This document shows, piece by piece, positions 1 to 9,787 of a stretch of 64,000 nucleotides of DNA (its first letter is position 1; each line of letters begins with the position of its first letter). This stretch comes from an uncultured Sneathiellales bacterium (GTDB taxonomy: Bacteria; Pseudomonadota; Alphaproteobacteria; CAYFNG01): positions 621,273 through 685,272 of the forward strand of contig CAYFNG010000001.1 in NCBI GenBank assembly GCA_964344385.1, written 5' to 3'. Below the pieces are notes generated by a model. It saw only the letters and a list, made by a program, of their open reading frames with translations, did not search any database and was not told the origin of the DNA. The translations under genes and the position numbers were made by a program.

Positions 1-184
1 CATGGTCGCCTATCCGTACCTGACCATGATGTGATGGGAACAACCGTCGGCGGCCCGGCGCACCGCGCGCAAAACCCTTGCTTAACCCATTTTCTCGTAT
101 AAGGTGCAGCCGCCTTGACGAACCCCTCCCGGTGGCAGGCCAGGAGGGGCTCAGTAGCAAGATCCGGTCTCTAGTGAGGGTGAG

Positions 185-1429
185 ATGAGCGAAACTGCTT
201 ATTCTTATATTGCGACCGAAGGGGCGCCGGTCAAGGCGTGGACCCGGGGCGTGCCGGTCGATCCGGCGGCCACCGAACAGCTCGCTAACATCGCGGCGCT
301 GCCCTTCATCCATCACCATGTCGCGGCCATGCCCGACGTCCACCTGGGCAAGGGCGCCACGGTGGGCTCGGTGATCCCTTGTGACGGCGCGATCATACCG
401 GCTGCCGTCGGGGTCGATATCGGCTGTGGCATGATGGCGGTGCAGACCGGCCTGACCTCGCAGCAACTGCCCGAAAATCTGAGCGACCTGCGCGCGGCGA
501 TCGAGCGTGCGGTTCCGCATGGCCGCACCGGGCGGGGCGATGTCCGCCAGGACCGCGGCGCCTGGGGTGAGGTGCCAAACGACATCGCCACGATCTGGGT
601 CGAGCGCCCCTATCGCCGCCACAACCTGGCCGACGGGCTGGCGGCACTTGTCGAGCGCCACCCCAAGCTGGCCAAGGCCAACAGCGTCCACCACCTGGGC
701 ACGCTGGGCACCGGCAACCATTTCATCGAGCTGTGCCTGGACGAGGCCGACCGGGTCTGGGTGATGCTGCATTCCGGCAGCCGCGGCATCGGCAACCGCA
801 TCGGCAGCTATTTCATCGAGCTGGCCAAGGCCGACATGCGCAAATGGTTCGTCAATTTGCCGGATGCCGACCTCGCCTACCTGCCCGAGGGTACCGAGCA
901 TTTCAACGAATATGTCCAGGGGGTGGCCTGGGCCCAGGCCTTTGCCCGTGCCAACCGCGACGCGATGATGGACCGGGTGCTGGCGGTCATGGCCCAGAGC
1001 TTCACCGGCTTCGCGCTCGGCGAGGTGGCGGTCAACTGCCACCACAACTACGTCGCCCAGGAAAAGCACTTCGGCAAGAAAGTGTGGCTGACCCGCAAGG
1101 GCGCGGTCAGCGCCCAGGACGGCGAGTTGGGCATCATCCCCGGTTCGATGGGCGCGCGCTCCTATATCGTCCGCGGCAAGGGGGCGCGGGAAAGCTTCTG
1201 TTCCTGCTCGCACGGCGCCGGACGGGTGATGTCGCGGTCCGAGGCCAAGCGCCGCTTCACCCTCGACGACCACGTCCAGGCGACCGCCGACGTCGAATGC
1301 CGCAAGGACGAGGATGTCATCGACGAGACCCCGATGGCCTATAAGGACATTGACGCGGTGATGGCCGCCCAGGCCGATTTGGTCGATATCGTCCACACCC
1401 TGAAACAGGTGCTCTGCGTCAAGGGATAG
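185..1429 (+). CDS. rtcB: RNA-splicing ligase RtcB (3'-phosphate/5'-hydroxyl RNA ligase), E. coli type
   Basis: 414-aa ORF, ATG at 185 preceded by GTGAGGGTGAG. Colinear over its full length with E. coli RtcB and carries the conserved motifs seen directly in translation: MPDVHLGKGATVGSVIP, GVDIGCGM, GTGNHFIE, NCHHNY, SCSHGAGR. Confidence 0.9.
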   Translation: MSETAYSYIATEGAPVKAWTRGVPVDPAATEQLANIAALPFIHHHVAAMPDVHLGKGATVGSVIPCDGAIIPAAVGVDIGCGMMAVQTGLTSQQLPENLSDLRAAIERAVPHGRTGRGDVRQDRGAWGEVPNDIATIWVERPYRRHNLADGLAALVERHPKLAKANSVHHLGTLGTGNHFIELCLDEADRVWVMLHSGSRGIGNRIGSYFIELAKADMRKWFVNLPDADLAYLPEGTEHFNEYVQGVAWAQAFARANRDAMMDRVLAVMAQSFTGFALGEVAVNCHHNYVAQEKHFGKKVWLTRKGAVSAQDGELGIIPGSMGARSYIVRGKGARESFCSCSHGAGRVMSRSEAKRRFTLDDHVQATADVECRKDEDVIDETPMAYKDIDAVMAAQADLVDIVHTLKQVLCVKG

Positions 1430-1458
1430 CTGAGGCCCGAGAACCACGGGAGGGCGGC

Positions 1459-2844
1459 GTGACCGACATACGCTATGTAACCGATCCGGATACGTTGCTG
1501 AAACGAACCCGGGGGGCGCGGAGCGGACGCAAAATGTTGCTCGGCGCCAGATTGCATGTCGATACCAGCGACAATGTCGGCGGCTGGATCCCGGCCCGCA
1601 CGGTGCCCAACGCCGCCGGCAAGTCGCATCGCGGTTTCGTCCTGGCCAACAACCTGTCCGATCGGCAGCAGTTGAAGGTCTTCTACGTCGATGTCGGTCA
1701 GGGCGACGCGACGTTGATCGAAGCCGACGGTGCTATTGTGATCATCGACGGCGGCCCGAACCGCGGATTTTACAACCGATTGCGGCAGCGACTGGCCGCC
1801 CTGCGCCGCGCCGACGCGGACGCCGGCCTGGCGCAGCGCACCCGCCTTCACATCAACGCGGTGGTCGTCAGCCACTTCGACAAGGACCACTACCAGGGGC
1901 TGACCCGCGTCCTCAACGACGATGATTTTGAATTCGGCGTGCTGTACCACAACGGCCTGCCGCGATACGACGAAACCGCCCGCAGGGACCTCGATCTCGG
2001 CACCCTGACGGGACCGGCAAACGGTCCGCGGTCGATCAGCACCGATCTCAGAGACCTTGCGTCGGCACGGCAGTTGCTCCAATCCGGCAACCTGATGACC
2101 GCCAACGGCAACCTGAATACCTTTGGCAAGTTCCTCGACGCAGCCGTCCGGGCCGCAAATGCCGGGCGGCTGCAAGCGATGCAGCTGTTGGTCCGCCGCG
2201 ATACCGCAACTGCCGCAAATTTGCTGCCGGGAACCGGTCCCGGCCTCCGCTTCGAGGTCCTGGCACCGGTTACCACCAGTTCGACCGGAGCCATCCGGCT
2301 GCCGGCTTTTCCCGACCCGCACAAGGTCTGCAACAGCAACCCGCACCCGACACCGTCGGCATCTCACACCATCAACGGCAACAGCGTCGTGCTGCGCCTC
2401 ACCCATGGCACCAACACGTTCCTGTTCGGCGGCGACCTCAACCAACCGTCCCAGAAACACCTGGCGGCGGCGTATGGCGGCCTGGCCGCGTTCCGGGCCG
2501 ATGTCAACAAGGCCTGTCATCACGGCTCCTCGGACTTCGACCTCGGTTACCTACAGGCGGTCTCTCCCCACGCGACGGTGTTTTCGTCGGGCGATTCCGG
2601 AACCTACGACCACCCAATGCCCGATGCGATGGGCGCGGCGGCAAAGTCCAGCAGCGGCGCCTTTCCGCTCGTTTTCTCGACGGAACTCGCCCGCGAGTCC
2701 GGCAGCAGCGGCGTCAAACTGGGGCATATCAACGCGCGATCCAATGGTACGACGATCGTCATGGCCCAAAAGAAGGAAAAGCCGTCGGCAACCGGCGACT
2801 GGCACAGCTTCCCGCTCCCCTACCCCGGGCCGTTTGGGCATTAG
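1459..2844 (+). CDS. MBL-fold metallo-hydrolase, ComEC C-terminal-domain-like (COG2333-like), with ~75-aa N-terminal extension
   Basis: 461-aa ORF, GTG start at 1459 with GGGAGGG RBS, 29 nt after rtcB. Motifs FYVDVGQGDATLIE, VVVSHFDKDHYQGL (H-x-D-x-D-H variant) and ACHHGSSD match the ComEC-type MBL domain. The antisense ORF 1339..2523 lacks any motif. Confidence 0.75.
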   Translation: MTDIRYVTDPDTLLKRTRGARSGRKMLLGARLHVDTSDNVGGWIPARTVPNAAGKSHRGFVLANNLSDRQQLKVFYVDVGQGDATLIEADGAIVIIDGGPNRGFYNRLRQRLAALRRADADAGLAQRTRLHINAVVVSHFDKDHYQGLTRVLNDDDFEFGVLYHNGLPRYDETARRDLDLGTLTGPANGPRSISTDLRDLASARQLLQSGNLMTANGNLNTFGKFLDAAVRAANAGRLQAMQLLVRRDTATAANLLPGTGPGLRFEVLAPVTTSSTGAIRLPAFPDPHKVCNSNPHPTPSASHTINGNSVVLRLTHGTNTFLFGGDLNQPSQKHLAAAYGGLAAFRADVNKACHHGSSDFDLGYLQAVSPHATVFSSGDSGTYDHPMPDAMGAAAKSSSGAFPLVFSTELARESGSSGVKLGHINARSNGTTIVMAQKKEKPSATGDWHSFPLPYPGPFGH

Positions 2845-2853
2845 ATGTAAGGC

Positions 2854-5256
2854 TTAGAAGCTCCGCATGCGCGTGCCCTTGGGGTCGAACACCGCTGTCT
2901 GGATGGCCCGGGCGGTAAAACGGCTGCCGGCGATATCGACCTCGACCTCGCTGTCACAGGCGTCCCGGTCGATGGTGGCGATGGCGACGGGTCGCCCGAC
3001 CCGGTAGCCGAACGCAGCCGATGTGGTTTGCCCCACGATCCGGTCGCCGGAAAAGATCGGTTCATTGCCATGGGGCCACGCCGCCAGGTCATCGAACAGC
3101 AGCGACACGATCGTCTTTGGCGTATGTTTCGAAGCCAGGCGGTCAAGCGCGTCCTGGCCGAAAAACGGTGTATCCCAGGCGATCGCGAAATCCAGCCCCG
3201 CCGTCAACGGATCGGTGTCGGTGTCCATATCATGCCCGCAAGCCAGGAAGCGTTTCTCGATCCGCATGGACGTCTGCGCCAGCAACCCCGCCGGCGAAGC
3301 ACCGGCCTGTTGCAAGACCCGGAAGAGGTCCGACGCCCGGTTGGCCGGACAAATGATCTCCCAGCCGGCCTCGCCAACATAGGACAGGCGTGCCGCGCGC
3401 ACCGGCACGTCGGCGATCTCGGTTTCGAGGTGCCGGAAGTACCTGATCGCCAAAAGGTCTTCGGCACCCAAATCCGCCGCGATCCGCGGCGCCTCGGGTC
3501 CGGCCAGGGCAAGAACGGCGTGGCGATCGGTCTCGTCGGTGATGTCCACCCGCTCGTCGTCCCGAAGGTGCCGACACAGCCAGGCGATCACGCGTTTCAC
3601 CGACCCGGTTCCGACGCTGAGGCGATAGCGTTCTTCGGTCAGGCGCAGGACGGTCATGTCGTCGACGATGCCGCCGCGGCTGTTGAGCAATAGGCTGAAC
3701 AGGATGCTGCCGGGCGCACGCCGCATGTCATTGGTGCACACACGGTTCAGGAAGGTTTCGGCATCGGCCCCGGCAACCGCGATGCGGCCCAGCGTCGACT
3801 GGTCGAACAGCGCCGCCGAACCATGCGCCGCCGCGACTTCGCCAGCCACATGGTCGAACCAGTCCGGTTTGCCGAAACCGAGCACGGGGTCCTGTCGCTT
3901 GCCGAAATACAGGGGGCGCTCCCATCCGTGGACCTGACCGAAATGCGCGTTGTTGTCCTGCCAGGCCTGATGCAGCGGCATTGGACGCAGATTTCGCGCG
4001 GTCTGCCATTGTCGGTTCGGGTAGGTGATTTCATAGTGCTTGCCCAGGACCTCCGGCACCCGGGCGCTGAGCGCCGCGACATTGTTCCAGCAACCGGCGA
4101 ACCGGGCGGGGTCGACCTCATGCAGATCCATCGGCATCTGCCCCTCGACGATATTGCGGGCCAGAACCATGCCGGCGCCGCCGCCGGTGGCGACGCCGAC
4201 CGAGTTCATGCCGCAACCGAGGAAAAGCCCCCGTGTTTCGGCGGCTTCGCCCAGCAAGAAGGCGCCGTCCGGTGTGAAGCTTTCGGGACCGTTGAGCAGC
4301 ATCTTCACCTCTGCGGTCTCTAGCGCCGGCAGCCGGTGCAGCGCGTTGACCATCATCGGCTCGAAATGAGCCCAATCTTCGGGAAGCAATTGAAAGGCAA
4401 AATTCTCTCCCAATGCCTGGGGCGCGATCGCTTTGCCCATCGGCTCGAAGCAGCCGACCAGAAGCCCGCCGGAATCGTCGCGAATGTAAAGGTGGGAATC
4501 ATGGTCCGACAGCGAGGGGACATTGCCGACTATGCCGTCGATCGGTTTGGTGAGCAGATAGAAGTGCTCGCACGGCCACACGGGGACTTCGGCACCGGCC
4601 AAAGCGGCGGCATCGCGGCTCCATAGCCCGGTACACAAGGCAATCGCGTCGGTTCGTATGGCGCCGCGTGTGGTTTCCAACCCGGTCACGCGGCCGGCCT
4701 CGGTCGTGATACCGGTCACGCCGGTTTCCTCGAACACCTTGGCGCCTCGCGATTTGGCGCCCTTGACCAGGGCGGCGCAGAGATCGGAAGGGCTGACCCG
4801 ACCGTCATCCGGAGACCAGACGGCACCGATCACATCGTCGGTGGTCATCAACGGCCAAATCTCCTTTGCCTCGCCGGGAGGAATCGAGGCGGCCCTGACG
4901 CCGAACATCCCGGCCAGAGCGGCTTGGCGCTTGATGTGCACCAGGCGGTCGGGGTTGGTCGCGATGGACAAAGACCCCTTGTTGATCCAGCCGGTCGCCT
5001 GGCCGGTTTCCGCTTCCAACTCGGCGTACAGGTTGACCGAGTAGCGAATGAGTTCCGTCATGTTCCTGGTCGACCGCAACGCCCTTACCTGTGCGGCCGA
5101 ATGCCAGGTCGTGCCCGACGTCAGCTGGTTGCGCTCCAGAAGCACGGCATCGCCCACCCCCAGCTTTGCAAGATGATACAGGGTCGAACACCCCATGATG
5201 CCGCCGCCGATGACGACGACGGAGGCATGGGCAGGCAGCAGCGTTTCAGCGGCCAT
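2854..5256 (-). CDS. dimethylglycine/sarcosine dehydrogenase family (FAD-dependent oxidoreductase N-domain plus GcvT-like aminomethyltransferase C-domain)
   Basis: 800 aa. N-terminal Rossmann motif VVVIGGGIMGCSTLYHLAKLG...TSGTTWHSAAQV and length are typical of the DMGDH/SARDH family. ATG at 5256. Confidence 0.85.
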   Translation of the reverse strand: MAAETLLPAHASVVVIGGGIMGCSTLYHLAKLGVGDAVLLERNQLTSGTTWHSAAQVRALRSTRNMTELIRYSVNLYAELEAETGQATGWINKGSLSIATNPDRLVHIKRQAALAGMFGVRAASIPPGEAKEIWPLMTTDDVIGAVWSPDDGRVSPSDLCAALVKGAKSRGAKVFEETGVTGITTEAGRVTGLETTRGAIRTDAIALCTGLWSRDAAALAGAEVPVWPCEHFYLLTKPIDGIVGNVPSLSDHDSHLYIRDDSGGLLVGCFEPMGKAIAPQALGENFAFQLLPEDWAHFEPMMVNALHRLPALETAEVKMLLNGPESFTPDGAFLLGEAAETRGLFLGCGMNSVGVATGGGAGMVLARNIVEGQMPMDLHEVDPARFAGCWNNVAALSARVPEVLGKHYEITYPNRQWQTARNLRPMPLHQAWQDNNAHFGQVHGWERPLYFGKRQDPVLGFGKPDWFDHVAGEVAAAHGSAALFDQSTLGRIAVAGADAETFLNRVCTNDMRRAPGSILFSLLLNSRGGIVDDMTVLRLTEERYRLSVGTGSVKRVIAWLCRHLRDDERVDITDETDRHAVLALAGPEAPRIAADLGAEDLLAIRYFRHLETEIADVPVRAARLSYVGEAGWEIICPANRASDLFRVLQQAGASPAGLLAQTSMRIEKRFLACGHDMDTDTDPLTAGLDFAIAWDTPFFGQDALDRLASKHTPKTIVSLLFDDLAAWPHGNEPIFSGDRIVGQTTSAAFGYRVGRPVAIATIDRDACDSEVEVDIAGSRFTARAIQTAVFDPKGTRMRSF

Positions 5257-5258
5257 GG

Positions 5259-6149
5259 TTATTCCCCGAAATAGTAGTTGTTGGCCTTGAGAACCCGTTC
5301 ATAGTCCGAAATCGCCGAGACACCGGCCTTGCCGCATTTCACGGCGATCACGGCGCTCAACATTTCCAAGGTGGCGTTGAGGCTGATCATGGACGGGAAA
5401 TAGTGCGGGCTGTGGGTGTCGATGATGATGGCCGCATCCGAAAACCGCGCCACCGGCGAGGCACGGCTGTCGGTGACGGCGGCGATCTTGGCGCCGCGCT
5501 TCCTGGCGAACTCGGCGGTTTCGATGGTGGCGCGGGCGTAGGGCGCGGTCGAGACCGCCAATACCGCGTCGCCGTTTGCCGCGAACGCGACCTCGCCGAC
5601 CGAACGGACGCCCAGCCCGCTGGCAAGTTCGACCGACGGCAGTGCCATGCGGCAGACATATTGAAAACTCACGGCCTGGCCAAACGACGCGCCACTGGCC
5701 ACGACAAAGGTCTTGCGGGCCGAGATGACGATATCGGCGACTCGTTCCAGAGTGCGGGCAAAACCGGGATCCTGGAAACGCTCCGCGCCCTGCCGGGCGG
5801 CAATGGTGGTTGCCTCGACCAGGGCGGCGATGCCTTGGTGCTTGGTCGTCTTGCGCAGGTCATCGGCACGGAGGCCATATCCCGACCGGGTGACGGACTG
5901 CTTGAAGACATCGCGAAACGCCTCGTAGCTGTCGAACCCCAGCCGCTGCGCCAGCCGCAACATGGTTGGCGGGGAGACTTCGGCCCTTTGCGCCAATGTC
6001 CGCATCGAATCAATCGCGACATCGCTTGGATTTTCGAGAACGACCAGAGCGGCACGCTGCAACTGCGGGCTCAATCGCGCAAACTCGTCGGACAGCTGAT
6101 CGACGATCTCTTCCAAAGTCGCCTCCCCATCTTGTAACAAATGTAACAT
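5259..6149 (-). CDS. RpiR/MurR-family transcriptional regulator (HTH_6 + SIS domain)
   Basis: 296 aa. N-terminal HTH (AIDSMRTLAQRAEVSPPTMLRLAQRLGF) followed by a SIS-like region. Immediately upstream of, and co-directional with, the DMGDH-family gene. Confidence 0.8.
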   Translation of the reverse strand: MLHLLQDGEATLEEIVDQLSDEFARLSPQLQRAALVVLENPSDVAIDSMRTLAQRAEVSPPTMLRLAQRLGFDSYEAFRDVFKQSVTRSGYGLRADDLRKTTKHQGIAALVEATTIAARQGAERFQDPGFARTLERVADIVISARKTFVVASGASFGQAVSFQYVCRMALPSVELASGLGVRSVGEVAFAANGDAVLAVSTAPYARATIETAEFARKRGAKIAAVTDSRASPVARFSDAAIIIDTHSPHYFPSMISLNATLEMLSAVIAVKCGKAGVSAISDYERVLKANNYYFGE

Positions 6150-6218
6150 GATTTAGTCGATGTTACCGGGTGTTTTCAACACCATTATCCGTTATGTTTG
6201 AAAATTCGCAGTTTTATG

Positions 6219-6247
6219 TTGACACAAGAAACAAACGTTCCATAAGC
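6219..6247 (+). promoter_or_regulatory. putative sigma70-type promoter for the amino-acid ABC operon (TTGACA-N17-ATAAGC)
   Basis: TTGACA at 6219-6224 and a weak -10 about 17 nt downstream, in the divergent rpiR/ABC intergenic region. Sequence only. Confidence 0.25.
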
Positions 6248-6382
6248 TCGCGCTTGGACGTGTCATGCAAGTGGTGAAATCGCGGCGCAGCCTAAGCCCG
6301 ATTTTGTCGCGTGGCGCCACGAATTCGGGTGTACTGATCCAGTCACCTGTCAATGAAAACGAATAATGGGGAGGTGTTGTTC

Positions 6383-7216
6383 ATGAAAAAGACAGTTTTG
6401 TTGACGGTGGCCACCGCGATGGTGTTGTCCGCCGGGACGGCGTCGGCAGCCCAGTGCACCAACGACGTATGGAACAAGGTGATGAGCCGCGGCAAAATGG
6501 TTGTCGGCGTCAAGGCCGATTACAAGCCGTGGGGTTTTCGGAACGAAAAGGGCGAACTGGTCGGTATGGAGATCGACATGGCAAAAGCTGCGGCGGCTGC
6601 CATGGGGGTCGACATCGAACTGGTGCCGGTCCAGTCGTCGAACCGGATGCAGTTCCTGGAACAGGGTAAAATCGACCTGATGATCGCGACCATGTCCGAT
6701 CGCCCGGACCGCCGCAAGATCGTCGGCATCGTCCAGCCGAATTACTACACCTCCGGCACCAACATCATGGCGCCGAAGGCTCTGGGCCTGAGCAAATGGG
6801 AAGATTTGCGCGGCAAGCCGGTGTGCGGCAAGCAGGGCGCGTTCTACAACAAGATCGTCACCGAACGTTATGGCGCCAAAGTGGTCGCATTTACCGGCAA
6901 CGCCGAGGCCAAGCAGGCGCTTCGCGACAAGAAGTGCATCGCCTGGGTCTATGACGATTCGTCGATCGGTTCGGATCTGGCGTCCGGCAACTGGGACGAC
7001 TTCGAGATGCCGCTGAATTCCGAAGACGACAATCCCTGGGGCCTGGCCGTGCCGCTGGCAGAAAAGGACTGTGTGTTCGGCAATTTCATGTCCGGCATTT
7101 CCTACAATTGGCTGCAAAACGGCCAGTTGATCGCCTGGGAAAAGAAATGGGGCATCAAGGCCACAGCGTTCCTTAAAGCGCAGGCCGAGCGGACGAAAGA
7201 CTGGCTCGACAAATAG
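6383..7216 (+). CDS. polar amino-acid ABC transporter substrate-binding protein (family 3 SBP)
   Basis: Signal peptide MKKTVLLTVATAMVLSAGTASAA, then an SBP_bac_3-like sequence. Start moved to the ATG at 6383, behind a GGGGAGG RBS, rather than the ORF-track start at 6353. Confidence 0.85.
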   Translation: MKKTVLLTVATAMVLSAGTASAAQCTNDVWNKVMSRGKMVVGVKADYKPWGFRNEKGELVGMEIDMAKAAAAAMGVDIELVPVQSSNRMQFLEQGKIDLMIATMSDRPDRRKIVGIVQPNYYTSGTNIMAPKALGLSKWEDLRGKPVCGKQGAFYNKIVTERYGAKVVAFTGNAEAKQALRDKKCIAWVYDDSSIGSDLASGNWDDFEMPLNSEDDNPWGLAVPLAEKDCVFGNFMSGISYNWLQNGQLIAWEKKWGIKATAFLKAQAERTKDWLDK

Positions 7217-7281
7217 CCGTGTGAAACGGGGGCGCCTGTCCGTCGGAAGGCGCCCCCCTCTCACGCCGGCAAGAGCCAGAG

Positions 7282-8037
7282 ATGGTTGAGTTCATCCGCC
7301 AGTTCTTCCTCGACCTTTACGAGGTCGCGCCGCGCTGGAATTTCGTTTTTTTCCACGATCCGGCTCAATGGGCGCGGGTCGTCGAAGGATTCTGGGTCAC
7401 CGTCCAGCTATCGGTCGCCTGTGTCGTTTTCAGCGTGGTGATCGGCGTCATCGGCGCCTGGCTGCAGGGCTCTCAACTGCGCCTGGTCCGGGCCATCGTT
7501 CAGGGCTATATCCAGTTCTTCCGCAATACGCCGCCTTTCGTGCAATTGTTGTTTTTCTATTTCGCACTGGGCCAGTTCACACCGACCTACTCCCCCGACG
7601 GATGGCTGGAAATTCCGATCATTTCCAATGTCGGCTGGGCGATCATTTCGCTCAGCTTCTTCGCTGGCGCCTTCAATGTCGAGATCTTCCGAGCCGGTAT
7701 CGAAGCGGTGCCGGAATCGACCCAAGAGGCGGCCGAGGCGCTTGGCATGTCGCGGCTGCAAATCTACATCTATGTGGTTCTGCCGCTTGCCTTTCGGGTC
7801 AGCCTGCCGGCGTTGAACAACAATCTGGTCAATCTGGTGAAGACGACGACGCAGGCCCTGGCGATCGCCGTGCCTGAGCTGTTGTACCAGTTCCTCGGGA
7901 TTTGGAACGACTATCCGTCGGCGCTTTATCCGTCCCTGACCATGGTCTTTATCATCTATATCGGCCTGGTCGGCATCCTGGTGTTTTCCATGCACCGCTG
8001 GGAAAAGGCGATGCGTATTCCGGGGTACGGCCAATGA
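7282..8037 (+). CDS. amino-acid ABC transporter permease (His/Glu/Gln/Arg/opine family)
   Basis: 251 aa, multi-TM, with the conserved EAA-like region (EAAEALGMSRLQIYIYVVLPLA). Confidence 0.85.
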   Translation: MVEFIRQFFLDLYEVAPRWNFVFFHDPAQWARVVEGFWVTVQLSVACVVFSVVIGVIGAWLQGSQLRLVRAIVQGYIQFFRNTPPFVQLLFFYFALGQFTPTYSPDGWLEIPIISNVGWAIISLSFFAGAFNVEIFRAGIEAVPESTQEAAEALGMSRLQIYIYVVLPLAFRVSLPALNNNLVNLVKTTTQALAIAVPELLYQFLGIWNDYPSALYPSLTMVFIIYIGLVGILVFSMHRWEKAMRIPGYGQ

Positions 8038-8933
8038 CGGCGCTGCGCAAGGGAATCCCGGGCGTGTCGGCCACCGCGGCCACGGACCTGCCGGTCCTGC
8101 TGCCGTTGGATCGCGGCAAGGCCAAGGGTCCGGATGCCATGCAGGTCAGCCGATGGCTGGCCGGCCTTCCGCCCTGGACGCCGCTGGCCCTGCTGGGGGT
8201 GATCCTGCTGTGGCCGTTGACCGCTTCAGCCGCCAAGTTCACCTATTTCGATGCCGTTGACACATTGTTCCGGTGGATGTGGTTCCTGCTATCGGCCGGG
8301 TTCCTGTTCAATGTCCTGATTTCGTTTTTCGCCATGGCCATCGGTACCTTCCTGGGTGCCGCCCTGGGCTTGGCGCAAATCTCGCAGCACCGGTCCATTC
8401 GCGGGCTTGCCAAGTTCACGACCCAGGTTTTCCGCAATTCCCCCTGGCTGGTGCTGCTGTACATCGTGCTGTTGGCGGTTCCGTTCGAAATCGTCATCGG
8501 GGATATCATCATCCCGGTGCCGGACTGGATGAAGGCGGTTATCGGCCTCAGCCTGCCGATCATGGCCAACATTTCCGAGATCGTGCGGGGCGCAGTCCTT
8601 TCAGTGCCGACGGCGCAGTGGGAGGCTTCCGAATCCCTGGCCTTCTCGCGCACTCAGACCTTGTGGCGGATCATCTTGCCGCAGTGTTTCAAGCGCATGA
8701 TTCCACCCTGGATGAATTGGTATGCGATCCTGACCATGGCGACGCCGCTGTGCTCGCTGCTGGGCGTCGAGGAACTGATCACATTGTCGCGCCAAGCCAT
8801 GGAGGGATCCGACAATCATCCCGAGCTTCTTGTCCCGTTTTACGGCTTCGCGCTGCTGATCTTCTTCGTTTACTGCTATCCGATCGCGCGCTGGACGGTG
8901 CGGTTGGAACGCAAGTTCTCGGTGAAGCTTTGA
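8034..8933 (+). CDS. amino-acid ABC transporter permease (second subunit)
   Basis: ATGA overlap with the upstream permease (ATG 8034, upstream stop 8035-8037). Multi-TM with EAS-loop region (EASESLAFSRTQTLWRIILPQ). The longer track ORF starting at 7902 is rejected. Confidence 0.8.
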   Translation: MTALRKGIPGVSATAATDLPVLLPLDRGKAKGPDAMQVSRWLAGLPPWTPLALLGVILLWPLTASAAKFTYFDAVDTLFRWMWFLLSAGFLFNVLISFFAMAIGTFLGAALGLAQISQHRSIRGLAKFTTQVFRNSPWLVLLYIVLLAVPFEIVIGDIIIPVPDWMKAVIGLSLPIMANISEIVRGAVLSVPTAQWEASESLAFSRTQTLWRIILPQCFKRMIPPWMNWYAILTMATPLCSLLGVEELITLSRQAMEGSDNHPELLVPFYGFALLIFFVYCYPIARWTVRLERKFSVKL

Positions 8934-8946
8934 AGGAGTTGAACCC

Positions 8947-9705
8947 ATGAACGAGCCCAATACCTGGACCCCCGACCAACCGATGGTCAGCGCCAGGGAC
9001 GTTCACAAATCCTTCGGCGAACTGGAGGTGCTGAAAGGCATCTCGATGGACATCATGAAGGGCGAATGTGTCTGTGTGATCGGTCCGTCCGGGTCCGGAA
9101 AGTCGACCTATATCCGGTGCATCAACGGCCTGAACGACATCCAGCAGGGGTCGATCAAGGTCGAAGGGCAGGAAGTCAACGACCCCCGCCTCGACAAGCT
9201 GGAACTGCGGAAAAAGGTCGGCATGGTGTTCCAGCAATATAATCTGTTTCCGCATAAGACGGCGCTGGAGAACATTATGATGGCGCCGGTCCTGGTCCTG
9301 AAGGAGGACAAGGCCAAGGTTGAGGCGCGGGCCCGGGACCTGATCAAAAAGGTTCGCCTGGAAGGCAAGGAGGGCAGCTATCCCGGCGAATTGTCCGGCG
9401 GCCAGCAGCAACGTGTCGCGATTGCCAGATCGCTCGCCATGCGGCCCGACGTGATGCTGTTCGACGAAGTGACCGCGGCGCTGGACCCCGAAACTGTCAA
9501 GGAGGTGCTGGTCACCATCCGCGAACTGGCCGAAGAAGGCATGACCTGCATTTTGGTCACCCATGAAATGGGATTTGCCCGCGAGGTCGCCAACCATATC
9601 TATTTCACCGATCGCGGGGTTATCGTCGAGCACGGGCCTCCGGCGACGTTCTTTTCCGATGCCAAGGATCCCAGGACCAAGGAATTCCTGAGCCAGATTT
9701 TGTAA
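8947..9705 (+). CDS. amino-acid ABC transporter ATP-binding protein
   Basis: Walker A GPSGSGKST, ABC signature LSGGQQQRVAIARSLA and Walker B MLFDEVTAALD. 252 aa. Confidence 0.9.
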   Translation: MNEPNTWTPDQPMVSARDVHKSFGELEVLKGISMDIMKGECVCVIGPSGSGKSTYIRCINGLNDIQQGSIKVEGQEVNDPRLDKLELRKKVGMVFQQYNLFPHKTALENIMMAPVLVLKEDKAKVEARARDLIKKVRLEGKEGSYPGELSGGQQQRVAIARSLAMRPDVMLFDEVTAALDPETVKEVLVTIRELAEEGMTCILVTHEMGFAREVANHIYFTDRGVIVEHGPPATFFSDAKDPRTKEFLSQIL

Positions 9706-9787
9706 CTCCGGCGCAGGCCGTGATGGACGGCAACGCCGCGGCACACGGCGCTGGACTTCCCGCCGCCGGCCGGTCAATCTGGCGGCC

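Noticed and set aside
1339-2523. 394-aa minus-strand ORF overlapping the MBL gene
   Set aside because: Antisense artefact of a high-GC region. The plus-strand frame carries MBL motifs and an RBS plus start.
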